IMG/VR virus record: IMGVR_UViG_2799113093_000010
DNA from: a virus
Taxonomy: Duplodnaviria; Heunggongvirae; Uroviricota; Caudoviricetes
Strand: one strand, 5' to 3'
DNA: 17,694 nucleotides
A program made the position numbers and the translations under genes. Shown one piece after another: positions 1 to 6,638 of the stretch. The first letter of the stretch is position 1. Each line of letters opens with the position of its first letter. Under the pieces are notes generated by a model, which saw only the letters and a list, made by a program, of their open reading frames with translations, had not been told where the DNA came from and searched no databases.

Positions 1-186
1 AGCCCTTGCGGCCGTGTAGTTGGGATAGATCGGCTGATCCTCTGAGAACGTCAGCGCTACGTCGGTCGGCCCCATGCCGGGGTACTTGCGCAGCATGTCG
101 CACACAACCCCGGTTGGCCGAGGATTGGCGTACGCGACGGGCGCACACCCGAGGGCGATCATCGTGGCCAACACGAGCGCCCTCAT
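1..186 (-). CDS. Secreted protein with signal peptide, possibly DUF732-like (partial, runs off window start)
   Basis: Not in ORF track. ATG at 186 overlaps the TGA of 183..464 (ATGA). My translation is MRALVLATMIALGCAPVAYA-NPRPTGVVCDMLRKYPGMGPTDVALTF..., open for 62 codons, with a hydrophobic leader ending AYA and a VCD-x-L motif. Confidence 0.7.
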   Translation of the reverse strand, partial: MRALVLATMIALGCAPVAYANPRPTGVVCDMLRKYPGMGPTDVALTFSEDQPIYPNYTAARA

Positions 187-464
187 TCGATGTGCCCGGG
201 CTCGCCAGGGGGGATGGCGTCAGGGGCGACGGTGTAGACGCTCGTCGCAACGGCGAAGCGCTGACCAGGCATGTAGGTCTGACGTGTCCGCTGCCACGAA
301 CCGTCCGGGGCTATCGGATCGTCACAGATGGTTCGGAACTGCGTGCCGAACACTCCCACGCGGTCGGTCTGACAGCCCGGCGGTACGGGGTCGTCAGCGT
401 GCGCAGGCGGGCTGAACATCAACGCCGCGAAAACGGCGACTACAACCCTCGAAGCCTTCTTCAT
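183..464 (-). CDS. Secreted CDGP-domain-like protein
   Basis: Signal peptide ending AHA; motif TICDDPIAPDGSWQR resembles mycobacterial CDGP proteins (CDGPIxPDGSWxR); ATGA coupling on both sides. Confidence 0.7.
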   Translation of the reverse strand: MKKASRVVVAVFAALMFSPPAHADDPVPPGCQTDRVGVFGTQFRTICDDPIAPDGSWQRTRQTYMPGQRFAVATSVYTVAPDAIPPGEPGHIE

Positions 465-748
465 GCGCGGATAGTACTGTGGTCAACGCACTCTTCGGCC
501 AGGAACGCGACCAGTCGGTCCACCTTGTCGATCCCCGCGAAGTGCCGGGGTACACGCCGGCAGTCTTGACCGTCGGCCCACAGGATCACGCCGGTGTGCG
601 CGTACATGATGCTCACCCACGACGGGGTGCCGGGCCGCCGATAGATGCAGTGTTCACCGACGTTGTTCGAGATCCAGCCGTGCACGCGGGCGGCCTGATC
701 GACGGCCTGCTGGCCGGTCAGCCCGAGGCTGAGTGCTTCGGCTGTCAT
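461..748 (-). CDS. Hypothetical phage protein, 95 aa
   Basis: GAAGGG RBS upstream of ATG 748; stop overlaps the next start (ATGA at 461-464); co-oriented with the integrase. Confidence 0.7.
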   Translation of the reverse strand: MTAEALSLGLTGQQAVDQAARVHGWISNNVGEHCIYRRPGTPSWVSIMYAHTGVILWADGQDCRRVPRHFAGIDKVDRLVAFLAEECVDHSTIRA

Positions 749-773
749 GTCGAATGCCCTTCAGTTGTGGAGG

Positions 774-1682
774 TCATGCAGCGGTCTGCCAGGGGGTTTG
801 AGCACCCGATCCGCTTGCGCCGATGACCGCTGCCCTCATCTCGTGATCGTCAACGGCGGTGTAGATCTGGGTGGTTGCCACGGAGGCGTGGCCGAGGAGC
901 CGTTGCACGGCGCGGATGTTGCGGGTAGCGCGGTAGGCGCGGGTGGCGAAGCGGTGGCGAAGCTTGTGCATGGTCCAGACTTCGGGCATGACCTTCGCGC
1001 ACAGTGTCCCCACCCACCGAGGAGACAGGTGGCCGTTGTCGTTGCCGGGGAACAGCCAGCCCGTTGGGCTGGAGCCGGGGGTGTGTCCGGCTGCGCCGCG
1101 TTGGATCATGGCGGTGAGCTCGTCGGTGATGGGGATGACGCGCTTTTTGTTGCCCTTGCCGTGGACGACGAGTTGGTAGCCGTCGAATGATTCGATGAGG
1201 TCGTTGGTGTGCACTTGGGCTACCTCGGCGCGGCGCATCCCGGCACCGCATGCCAGGTGCAGCATGACGGCCGTGCGGGCGTCGGCGGCGAGCAGCGATT
1301 CTTTCCAGACGCGATCGGGTGCGGGCTTGGGTAGCGGGACAGCAGCGGCGACATGGGGCAGTTCGGTTGAAGGATTTGTGCCGATCTGCCCGTCGTCGTG
1401 TGCCCATCCGAAGAAGCTGCGGGCGGAGTTTCGGTAGCCGCGCCGGGTCTCGATGCTCCATTGTGTTTGCGTGGAGAACCACGCCTGCAGGGTGTTACCG
1501 GTGACGGCCGTCGGCGGGGTGTCGAGAGCTCGCGCGATCCGAGCGATGTGGGACAGACGTGTGGCGATGGTGGTACTGGGCCGTCCGGCTGCGAGTTGAT
1601 GTTGCCGGTACCCCTTGATGAGGGTGTCCCATCCGGTAGGCACGGGTAGTGGTGCGGGGCCGGTCTTCTTGCGTGAGGTCAT
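774..1682 (-). CDS. int: Short (arm-binding-domain-less) tyrosine integrase, C-terminus ...QTAA
   Basis: Catalytic set intact: GMRRAEV (R), HGKGNK (K), HKLRH (HxxR), LLGH (H), TQIYT (Y). 302 aa, no long N-terminal arm domain. Lies next to a tRNA-derived att core. Confidence 0.93.
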   Translation of the reverse strand: MTSRKKTGPAPLPVPTGWDTLIKGYRQHQLAAGRPSTTIATRLSHIARIARALDTPPTAVTGNTLQAWFSTQTQWSIETRRGYRNSARSFFGWAHDDGQIGTNPSTELPHVAAAVPLPKPAPDRVWKESLLAADARTAVMLHLACGAGMRRAEVAQVHTNDLIESFDGYQLVVHGKGNKKRVIPITDELTAMIQRGAAGHTPGSSPTGWLFPGNDNGHLSPRWVGTLCAKVMPEVWTMHKLRHRFATRAYRATRNIRAVQRLLGHASVATTQIYTAVDDHEMRAAVIGASGSGAQTPWQTAA

Positions 1683-1691
1683 AAGCGCCCG

Positions 1692-1697
1692 ACCGTA
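1692..1697 (-). promoter_or_regulatory. Putative SigA -10 hexamer TACGGT for left int
   Basis: Fits TANNNT, 9 nt before ATG 1682, no SD; the same hexamer and spacing precede the right int. Confidence 0.5.
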
Positions 1698-1841
1698 GGT
1701 TGACGATGATCATGTTTCTTGAGGATCTCGCACCCTGTGATGAAGCTGTGAGCCTGCCGAGTCTCGTCGGTAACCACGGCGCGTCTACGCTGCACGAGGC
1801 GGGAAGGTCAGAAGGGGGGGATGCTCCGAAACCCGCACTTC

Positions 1842-1864
1842 GGTCAGGGGTCGAACCCCTGACC
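1842..1864. repeat. Perfect 9-bp inverted repeat GGTCAGGGG-TCGAA-CCCCTGACC abutting the att core
   Basis: Read directly from sequence: arms 1842-1850 and 1856-1864. Confidence 0.85.
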
Positions 1865-1900
1865 AGAAGGTTGGGGGTTCGAATCCCTTCGGGCGCACCA
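1864..1900 (+). other. att common core = 3' half of a tRNA, most like tRNA-Arg(ACG); not a functional tRNA
   Basis: CAGAAGGTTGGGGGTTCGAATCCCTTCGGGCGCACCA has a T-arm (GGGGG-TTCGAAT-CCCTT), an acceptor 3' strand and CCA, but no D-arm or anticodon upstream. The Arg(ACG) identity rests on my recollection of the mycobacterial gene. Confidence 0.85.
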
Positions 1901-2081
1901 TATTTCGGATGCCGGTGTCTTCGACATTGCGGAGCACCGTGCACGCCGCACCGCGACCAGCCCAATCGACCCGGTTCCGGCTTCGCTGCCGGTCGCGAGC
2001 TGACCCGGTAGCCACCGATGTCTTTCTATCCGTTTGGTAACGACTTGCTGGGAATCGGCCGTGAATAACGTGGTTCCGCTC

Positions 2082-2087
2082 TACGGT
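2082..2087 (+). promoter_or_regulatory. Putative SigA -10 hexamer TACGGT for right int
   Basis: TANNNT 9 nt before ATG 2097, mirroring the left int. Confidence 0.5.
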
Positions 2088-2096
2088 TCGGCGTCA

Positions 2097-2999
2097 ATGA
2101 GCAAGATCACCGGCCCCGCACCGACACCGGCTCCACCCGACTGGCAGCCACTCGTCGATCGATTCCTGACGCACCTGCAGGGGATCGGGCGACCCCGCAC
2201 GACTGTCTCGACCCGGCGCGCCCAGCTCCACCGAATAGCGCGCGGGCTCGGCATGCCGCCGGCGGCCGTCACCCAGGACGACGTCACCGACTGGTTCGCC
2301 GAGCAGAGCTGGTCGCCCGAGACGCGACGCGCCCACCGCAGCGCAGCAGTCGCGTTCTTCACCTGGGCGCACAAGCGAGGGGAAACCGCCAACGTCGCTG
2401 ACGAGTTCCCGAAGATCAAGCCTGCCGAACCAGCGCCGCGGCCCGCACCGGAACGTGCCTGGAAAGAATCGATCCTCGCCGCCACTCCGCGCGTAACCGT
2501 GATGCTGCGGCTAGCCCGCGAGGTCGGCATGCGGCGCGCCGAAGTCGCCCAAGCGCACACCGACGACCTCATCGACGGCATGGACGGCTGGCAACTTCTC
2601 GTGCACGGCAAAGGCAACAAGAACCGCATCGTCCCCATCCCCGACCACGTTGCAGACCTCGTACTCGCCGGCGCCGCCGGCCACACCGAAGGCGCTGATG
2701 CCACCGGATACCTGTTCCCGGGCAACGACAACGGCCATCTCTCAGCGCGCCGCGTCGGCGAGCTGTGCGCCGAAGCGCTCCCCGGGATCTGGACGATGCA
2801 CGCACTGCGGCACCGCTACGCCACCAACGCCTACCGCGGCACGCGCAACATCCGCGCCGTTCAGAAGCTCCTCGGCCACTCCAGCGTCGCCACCACCGAG
2901 CGATACACGGTAGTCGACGATGCCGAGCTACGCGCAGCAGCAATGTCTGCCAGCGACCGCCCCAGCCACCTCAATCTGGTAACTGAAATACCCGGATGA
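2097..2999 (+). CDS. int: Short tyrosine integrase, paralogue of 774..1682 (300 aa; start moved from 2034 to 2097)
   Basis: GMRRAEV, HGKGNK, HALRH, LLGH, TERYT all intact. The N-terminus MSKITGPAP aligns with MTSRKKTGPAP of the paralogue, fixing the start. Shared blocks include WKES, GAAGHT, LFPGNDNGHLS, TRNIRAVQ. Confidence 0.93.
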   Translation: MSKITGPAPTPAPPDWQPLVDRFLTHLQGIGRPRTTVSTRRAQLHRIARGLGMPPAAVTQDDVTDWFAEQSWSPETRRAHRSAAVAFFTWAHKRGETANVADEFPKIKPAEPAPRPAPERAWKESILAATPRVTVMLRLAREVGMRRAEVAQAHTDDLIDGMDGWQLLVHGKGNKNRIVPIPDHVADLVLAGAAGHTEGADATGYLFPGNDNGHLSARRVGELCAEALPGIWTMHALRHRYATNAYRGTRNIRAVQKLLGHSSVATTERYTVVDDAELRAAAMSASDRPSHLNLVTEIPG

Positions 3000-3023
3000 G
3001 CCACACCCCGTATCCAGCAGATA

Positions 3024-3043
3024 CGTGTCAACCAGTTGACACG
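3024..3043. repeat. Palindrome CGTGTCAAC-CA-GTTGACACG (operator or hairpin terminator)
   Basis: 9-bp perfect arms, 25 nt after the int stop. Confidence 0.75.
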
Positions 3044-3072
3044 GCCGTACACGCCATGTACCCCTTACGCCC

Positions 3073-3321
3073 ATGGCGAGCAAACCAACCTGGCTCGAAG
3101 GACGCGCCGACTTCCTCTGCGAATACCTCGTTCGCCGACATAGCCTTGTGGTCGCGCCGCCCACCCTCGTTGCCGACCTCTCCGACCAACTCGACAAGCT
3201 CGCCAACGACCTCGGGATCACCCGGCGCACTGCCCAGCAGTACCTCACCGACGACTACGTGCGCGGCTTCGGCGACCTTATCGCCGAACGAGTCCGCGAA
3301 GCCTGGCATCCGGGCAGGTAA
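3073..3321 (+). CDS. Hypothetical protein, 82 aa, helical
   Basis: Fills the gap between int and the lipoprotein with typical codon usage; no family recognised. Confidence 0.65.
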   Translation: MASKPTWLEGRADFLCEYLVRRHSLVVAPPTLVADLSDQLDKLANDLGITRRTAQQYLTDDYVRGFGDLIAERVREAWHPGR

Positions 3322-3348
3322 ACGAAACCGTGCAGCGACATCCTCGCG

Positions 3349-3354
3349 TACTGT
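3349..3354 (+). promoter_or_regulatory. -10 hexamer TACTGT of a probable leaderless promoter
   Basis: TANNNT exactly 7 nt before ATG 3362; no SD. Confidence 0.55.
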
Positions 3355-3361
3355 CCACACC

Positions 3362-3988
3362 ATGAAATTGCAGGTCATGATGCTTGCCGGGCTCGCGGCC
3401 TCCGCGGTCGCATGCTCCGCGTCGCACCCGGGTACCGCGCCGGCATCCACGGTCACCGTTACCGCGGCCGCGGCGTCCACGTCCAAGGCAGGATCAATGG
3501 ACGACGCCTACATGAGGGTGCTCAGCGATGCCGGCATCCACATCGAGCGTGCGGAGGCCATCCAGCTCGGGCACAAGGTGTGCGACTGGTTCAAGTTGGA
3601 CCACGACAATCAGGACTTGGCGGCGGTGTCTTCTGCTCGCGCTATCGCTGACCACTACACCGACATGTCGCAGAAGCAGGCCGGAGAGTTGATGGGTGCC
3701 GCCCGAGCCGCATACTGCCCAGAGGTGAACGAGGCCGATGCTGCCCGGGACGCCAAGTTCACGAAACAACTGTCGACACTCGGGATCTCGGTCAGCGAGC
3801 AGCGAGCCTCTGAGATCGCTAGCTTCGTCTGCGACGAGCTGATGCAACAGGGGAAGCACCTCGATGGCGACATTGTTGAGGCCCGGATGCGCGTGAAGTA
3901 CCCCGAGGTCAGCGACCCGGCGAACGCGACGATCGTGTATGGCTGGGCGACCGTCGACTACTGCCCGAAGTTCAGCCCGTACAACTAA
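3362..3988 (+). CDS. Lipoprotein with two tandem DUF732-like domains (start moved from 2996 to 3362)
   Basis: MKLQVMMLAGLAASAVAC lipobox-like Cys18; Thr/Ala linker; two units each with D..(Y/F)...L...GI, VCD and ...YCP. Confidence 0.8.
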   Translation: MKLQVMMLAGLAASAVACSASHPGTAPASTVTVTAAAASTSKAGSMDDAYMRVLSDAGIHIERAEAIQLGHKVCDWFKLDHDNQDLAAVSSARAIADHYTDMSQKQAGELMGAARAAYCPEVNEADAARDAKFTKQLSTLGISVSEQRASEIASFVCDELMQQGKHLDGDIVEARMRVKYPEVSDPANATIVYGWATVDYCPKFSPYN

Positions 3989-4002
3989 CCCACGACACGC
4001 AG

Positions 4003-4033
4003 AAGGCCCAGTCCCGGTGCGGGGCTGGGCCTT
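4003..4033. terminator. Hairpin terminator between convergent genes
   Basis: AAGGCCCAGTCCCG-GTG-CGGGGCTGGGCCTT, between stops at 3988 (+) and 4049 (-). Confidence 0.7.
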
Positions 4034-4048
4034 CCGGCTGATGAAGGG

Positions 4049-4387
4049 TTACTCGCTGCGGTACCAATCAGGCTGATACGGGAGCACCAGTTCCGCGAGC
4101 CAGGCCGGCGGCGTCCAGGAGGTCGGCGGCTCGGCACGGGTTGATTCGCCCTCGCCGTTCTTGACGATCCGCGGCCCACCCATGTGGAAGGTGCGCGAGT
4201 AGACGGGTGACGGCCCGCGCCAGGACACCGACCAGCGGCATCGGATATAGGTGATCCGCACCTCGTAGGGCTTCTTGTGGTACGGGCTGCTGGGCAGGCG
4301 GTGCTGGTTGTCCGGCACAGAGAGTGTCACCTCCTCCGTCCGGCCCAGTAGCACCGGTATCGGCACCGGGGTGACGTCCGCGCTCAT
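4049..4387 (-). CDS. Hypothetical protein, 112 aa
   Basis: ATGA-coupled to the upstream gene (4384-4387); ends just before the terminator. Confidence 0.65.
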   Translation of the reverse strand: MSADVTPVPIPVLLGRTEEVTLSVPDNQHRLPSSPYHKKPYEVRITYIRCRWSVSWRGPSPVYSRTFHMGGPRIVKNGEGESTRAEPPTSWTPPAWLAELVLPYQPDWYRSE

Positions 4388-4878
4388 CGGAGTGCCACCA
4401 ACTCCCCGGTATAGCTCGACCCTAGCGAGACTACTGGCGCACGGTGTGGCCCCTGATCTCTCGGCTCATACCAGAACCTGGGCACCGTAACTTGGTCGCC
4501 GACGCTGCACGGCTGGCTGCCCTCCCACACGTAGGCAAGTCTCGATCCATTCACCTCTACCTCGATGATCTGGTGGCCCTCGGCGTCATGTGTTCTGAAC
4601 GCTGCGCGCTCGCAGTCTTCGCGCTCACGACGTCTATGCTTGCTCTCCACCTGTATGGTCTTCGCGGAATAGCCAGAGCTGTAACCGAATTCACGACCAC
4701 GATCAAACGTGGCTGCCAGCACGGCCTCAAGTTCGTCGTCGAACGTGGAGGCGTGCTGCTTGCACGCTTGCCGGAATCCGTGGATCTGGATTCGACATGG
4801 GGTACCGCTGAGAGTGGGCCGACCGCAGAGGCGGTGACTCAGGCGGTCGATATTGATGGTGCGCCCCTCAAGCTTCAT
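4384..4878 (-). CDS. Hypothetical protein with N-terminal Zn-finger-like motif (start moved to 4878)
   Basis: Strong RBS GGAAGGA before ATG 4878; CGRPTLSGTPCR...ACKQH resembles the CGAxTRxGxPC...CxxH (HGGxSTG-type) motif. Confidence 0.7.
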   Translation of the reverse strand: MKLEGRTINIDRLSHRLCGRPTLSGTPCRIQIHGFRQACKQHASTFDDELEAVLAATFDRGREFGYSSGYSAKTIQVESKHRRREREDCERAAFRTHDAEGHQIIEVEVNGSRLAYVWEGSQPCSVGDQVTVPRFWYEPRDQGPHRAPVVSLGSSYTGELVALR

Positions 4879-4900
4879 GGTTGTCCTTCCTATGGATTGG

Positions 4901-4954
4901 CGAGGGCACCAAGCGCGTGAGAGTCGTGTGTCCATGACGCGCTTGGTGCCGTCG
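4901..4954. repeat. Intergenic inverted repeat with 14-bp perfect stem
   Basis: GGCACCAAGCGCGT (4905-4918) / ACGCGCTTGGTGCC (4937-4950), extended by CGA/TCG after one mismatch. Confidence 0.85.
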
Positions 4955-4962
4955 AAGCGTGG

Positions 4963-6147
4963 CTATCGGGCCGCTGCGACCAGCATCGCGTCGACGCCGG
5001 TGGCGGCGAACTCGTTGGAGCGGTCCACGTCCGCGATCTCCTGCGCGTATGAGGTGACGGCGTGCATGATGCCGCCCGCGGTCGGCTGGCCGCCCTTGAT
5101 GAAGTGGGACAGCAAGCCGCTCATCTCGTTCTGGGAGTAGGCGAGCTTCTTGCCGACCACCTCGATCGTCTGTTGCGGGTTGTCCAGCTCGACGCCGCTG
5201 GTTTCCTCCAGCTTGGCGATCGTCTTGGCGACGTACTCGGTGTTCATGTACGAGGCAACCGCGTCCCGGACCTGCTTCTTGACCAGCTCGTTGGCGGCGT
5301 CGATGGTGTCGGTCGACCAGGTGACGGTGCCTTCGTCGAGCTTGCGGCCCAGGTGGATCTTGCGCATCGCGTCGACGTTGATCTGCATGCCGTTGTCGCA
5401 CACCTGCACCCGCAGCTCCGGGGTGATGGTGAGCGCGCCGCCGCCCGTCTCGCTGTTGGTGACCAGCAGCCCGGCGTAGACCAGCTTCGGGTTTTCGGCT
5501 GTTTCGCCGCCGTGGCCGGTGCCCTGGAACGGGGAGCGGTATCCCTCCAGCAGCTTGCCTGCCTGCACCCCGAACTCGGGTGCGGTGACCCGCAGGTAGA
5601 GCCGGTCGTCGGTGAGGTCCGCGCCGCGGATATGGGTGTGGTTCAGCCCGGCCGCGTGCATGCCGTCAAGGAGCGCCATCACGGTGTCGAGGTTGTCGCG
5701 GATCCCATAGCGGTCGGAGAGCACCGCTCGCACTATGCCGCTGGTGCCTGGCTGGTCCGGGTCGCTGCCGGTGAGCATGCGGACCAGGACCTGACGCTTG
5801 GGATCGATACGGGAGGCCAGCGACTCGTAGTTGGTGTCCAGCAGCGGCACGTACTCGGCGCGCAGCTTGCGCACGTACTTGACTGGGATGTCCAGGACGC
5901 CAGCGAGTTGGGAGTCGGCGAGCTGGGTCAGCCCATAGGCCCCGTTGATGTCGGTGACGCCGTCCTCGTTGATCTGAGGGTCGTGGCCCGTCAGGATCAC
6001 GTTTCCGTCGCCGAACCGTAGCTGCCGTACAGGAACGACCAGGTCGAGCTTCTGGGCGTGCTGCTGTTCGAGGAGCGCGATCAGCTTGGGGAGGTCTGCG
6101 TTGCGCAGAGTCCGGGCCGGAATTTCGGGGAGTGTTGGTGCGGACAT
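4963..6147 (-). CDS. DUF932-like phage/plasmid protein (394 aa; start moved to 6147)
   Basis: RBS AGAAAGG before ATG 6147; motifs RAVLSDRY..RDN, GLLVTNSETGGGAL and VCDNGM...H typical of DUF932. Confidence 0.75.
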   Translation of the reverse strand: MSAPTLPEIPARTLRNADLPKLIALLEQQHAQKLDLVVPVRQLRFGDGNVILTGHDPQINEDGVTDINGAYGLTQLADSQLAGVLDIPVKYVRKLRAEYVPLLDTNYESLASRIDPKRQVLVRMLTGSDPDQPGTSGIVRAVLSDRYGIRDNLDTVMALLDGMHAAGLNHTHIRGADLTDDRLYLRVTAPEFGVQAGKLLEGYRSPFQGTGHGGETAENPKLVYAGLLVTNSETGGGALTITPELRVQVCDNGMQINVDAMRKIHLGRKLDEGTVTWSTDTIDAANELVKKQVRDAVASYMNTEYVAKTIAKLEETSGVELDNPQQTIEVVGKKLAYSQNEMSGLLSHFIKGGQPTAGGIMHAVTSYAQEIADVDRSNEFAATGVDAMLVAAAR

Positions 6148-6196
6148 TATGGGTGCCTTTCTAGTTGGCGGTGGGTGTTCGCTAGGCGATATGTTC

Positions 6197-6225
6197 AAGG
6201 TAAAGGCACCTGTACCTTAAATCAA
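6197..6225 (-). promoter_or_regulatory. SigA-like promoter of the DUF932 operon with embedded operator O1 (6200-6215)
   Basis: TTGATT-17 nt-TACCTT on the minus strand; palindrome GTAAAGGCACCTGTAC spans the spacer and the -10. Confidence 0.7.
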
Positions 6226-6290
6226 CTGTGAACAGCATAAATAAGTCACGACAGCCGATAGCCACAACCATCTTTAAGATTGCCGATCGC

Positions 6291-6320
6291 TTGATGTCCA
6301 TAGGTAAAGGCGCCTATACT
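6291..6320 (+). promoter_or_regulatory. SigA-like leaderless promoter of the toxin-like gene with operator O2 (6304-6319)
   Basis: TTGATG-18 nt-TATACT, ATG 6 nt later at 6327; palindrome GTAAAGGCGCCTATAC. Confidence 0.75.
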
Positions 6321-6326
6321 AATGGC

Positions 6327-6575
6327 ATGAGCAAGAGCGAACCGCGCATCACCCGCCCGGCCCGCCGCCACCGCATCGGCGACGCCCACATCCGGGCCGC
6401 TCTCGCGAACGCCGACGACTTCACCATCGACGGAGACATGGTCAAGTACTTCGGCCAGGACGATCGCGGCATCGACATGGAGGTCGGTGTGGTCCCCGAC
6501 AACCGCCGCCCCGGACGCTTCGCGATCATCCACGCCATGCCCCGCAAGTTCCTCATCCCTCGCTCCCAGCGGTGA
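6327..6575 (+). CDS. BrnT/RelE-superfamily-like toxin candidate, 82 aa (start moved to 6327)
   Basis: Pattern ARRHRI...HI..AL...G.DDRG..MEVGVV...IIHAMP.KF recalls small actinobacterial type II ribonuclease-toxin-like proteins; the promoter position supports the start. Confidence 0.6.
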   Translation: MSKSEPRITRPARRHRIGDAHIRAALANADDFTIDGDMVKYFGQDDRGIDMEVGVVPDNRRPGRFAIIHAMPRKFLIPRSQR

Positions 6576-6638
6576 CGCCGGGATTGGGATACAGCGGAGC
6601 GTGGAATGCGGAATCATGAGCCCCCGACAGGAGGATCG

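Larger units (their letters stand above)
1..1900. mobile_element. Integrase-proximal end of an integrated element/prophage extending left of the window
   Basis: Integrase plus phage-like small and secreted genes lie 5' of a displaced tRNA 3' fragment, the expected geometry for the distal junction of an element inserted into a tRNA gene. Confidence 0.65.

Noticed and set aside
1864-1900. Functional tRNA gene
   Set aside because: Only the T-arm and acceptor 3' strand are present; upstream sequence cannot form a D-arm or anticodon arm.
1683-1901. MVRPKGFEPPTF ORF as an N-terminal extension of the left integrase by readthrough (same frame)
   Set aside because: Two stops intervene (TAG at 1787-1785 and a TGA further down), and the paralogue alignment fixes the Int start at 1682.
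2034-2096. 21-aa N-terminal extension of the right integrase (contains NVVPL)
   Set aside because: No counterpart in the paralogue; the TACGGT-9 nt-ATG signature supports 2097.
2961-2999. Right Int tail RPSHLNLV as an SspB-like ClpX docking motif
   Set aside because: Too short and degenerate to distinguish from chance.
5062-6021. 319-aa antisense ORF (and similar 12278..13258, 2081..2731, 7199..7960)
   Set aside because: Shadow frames of well-supported genes, expected in high-GC DNA; no motifs or RBS.
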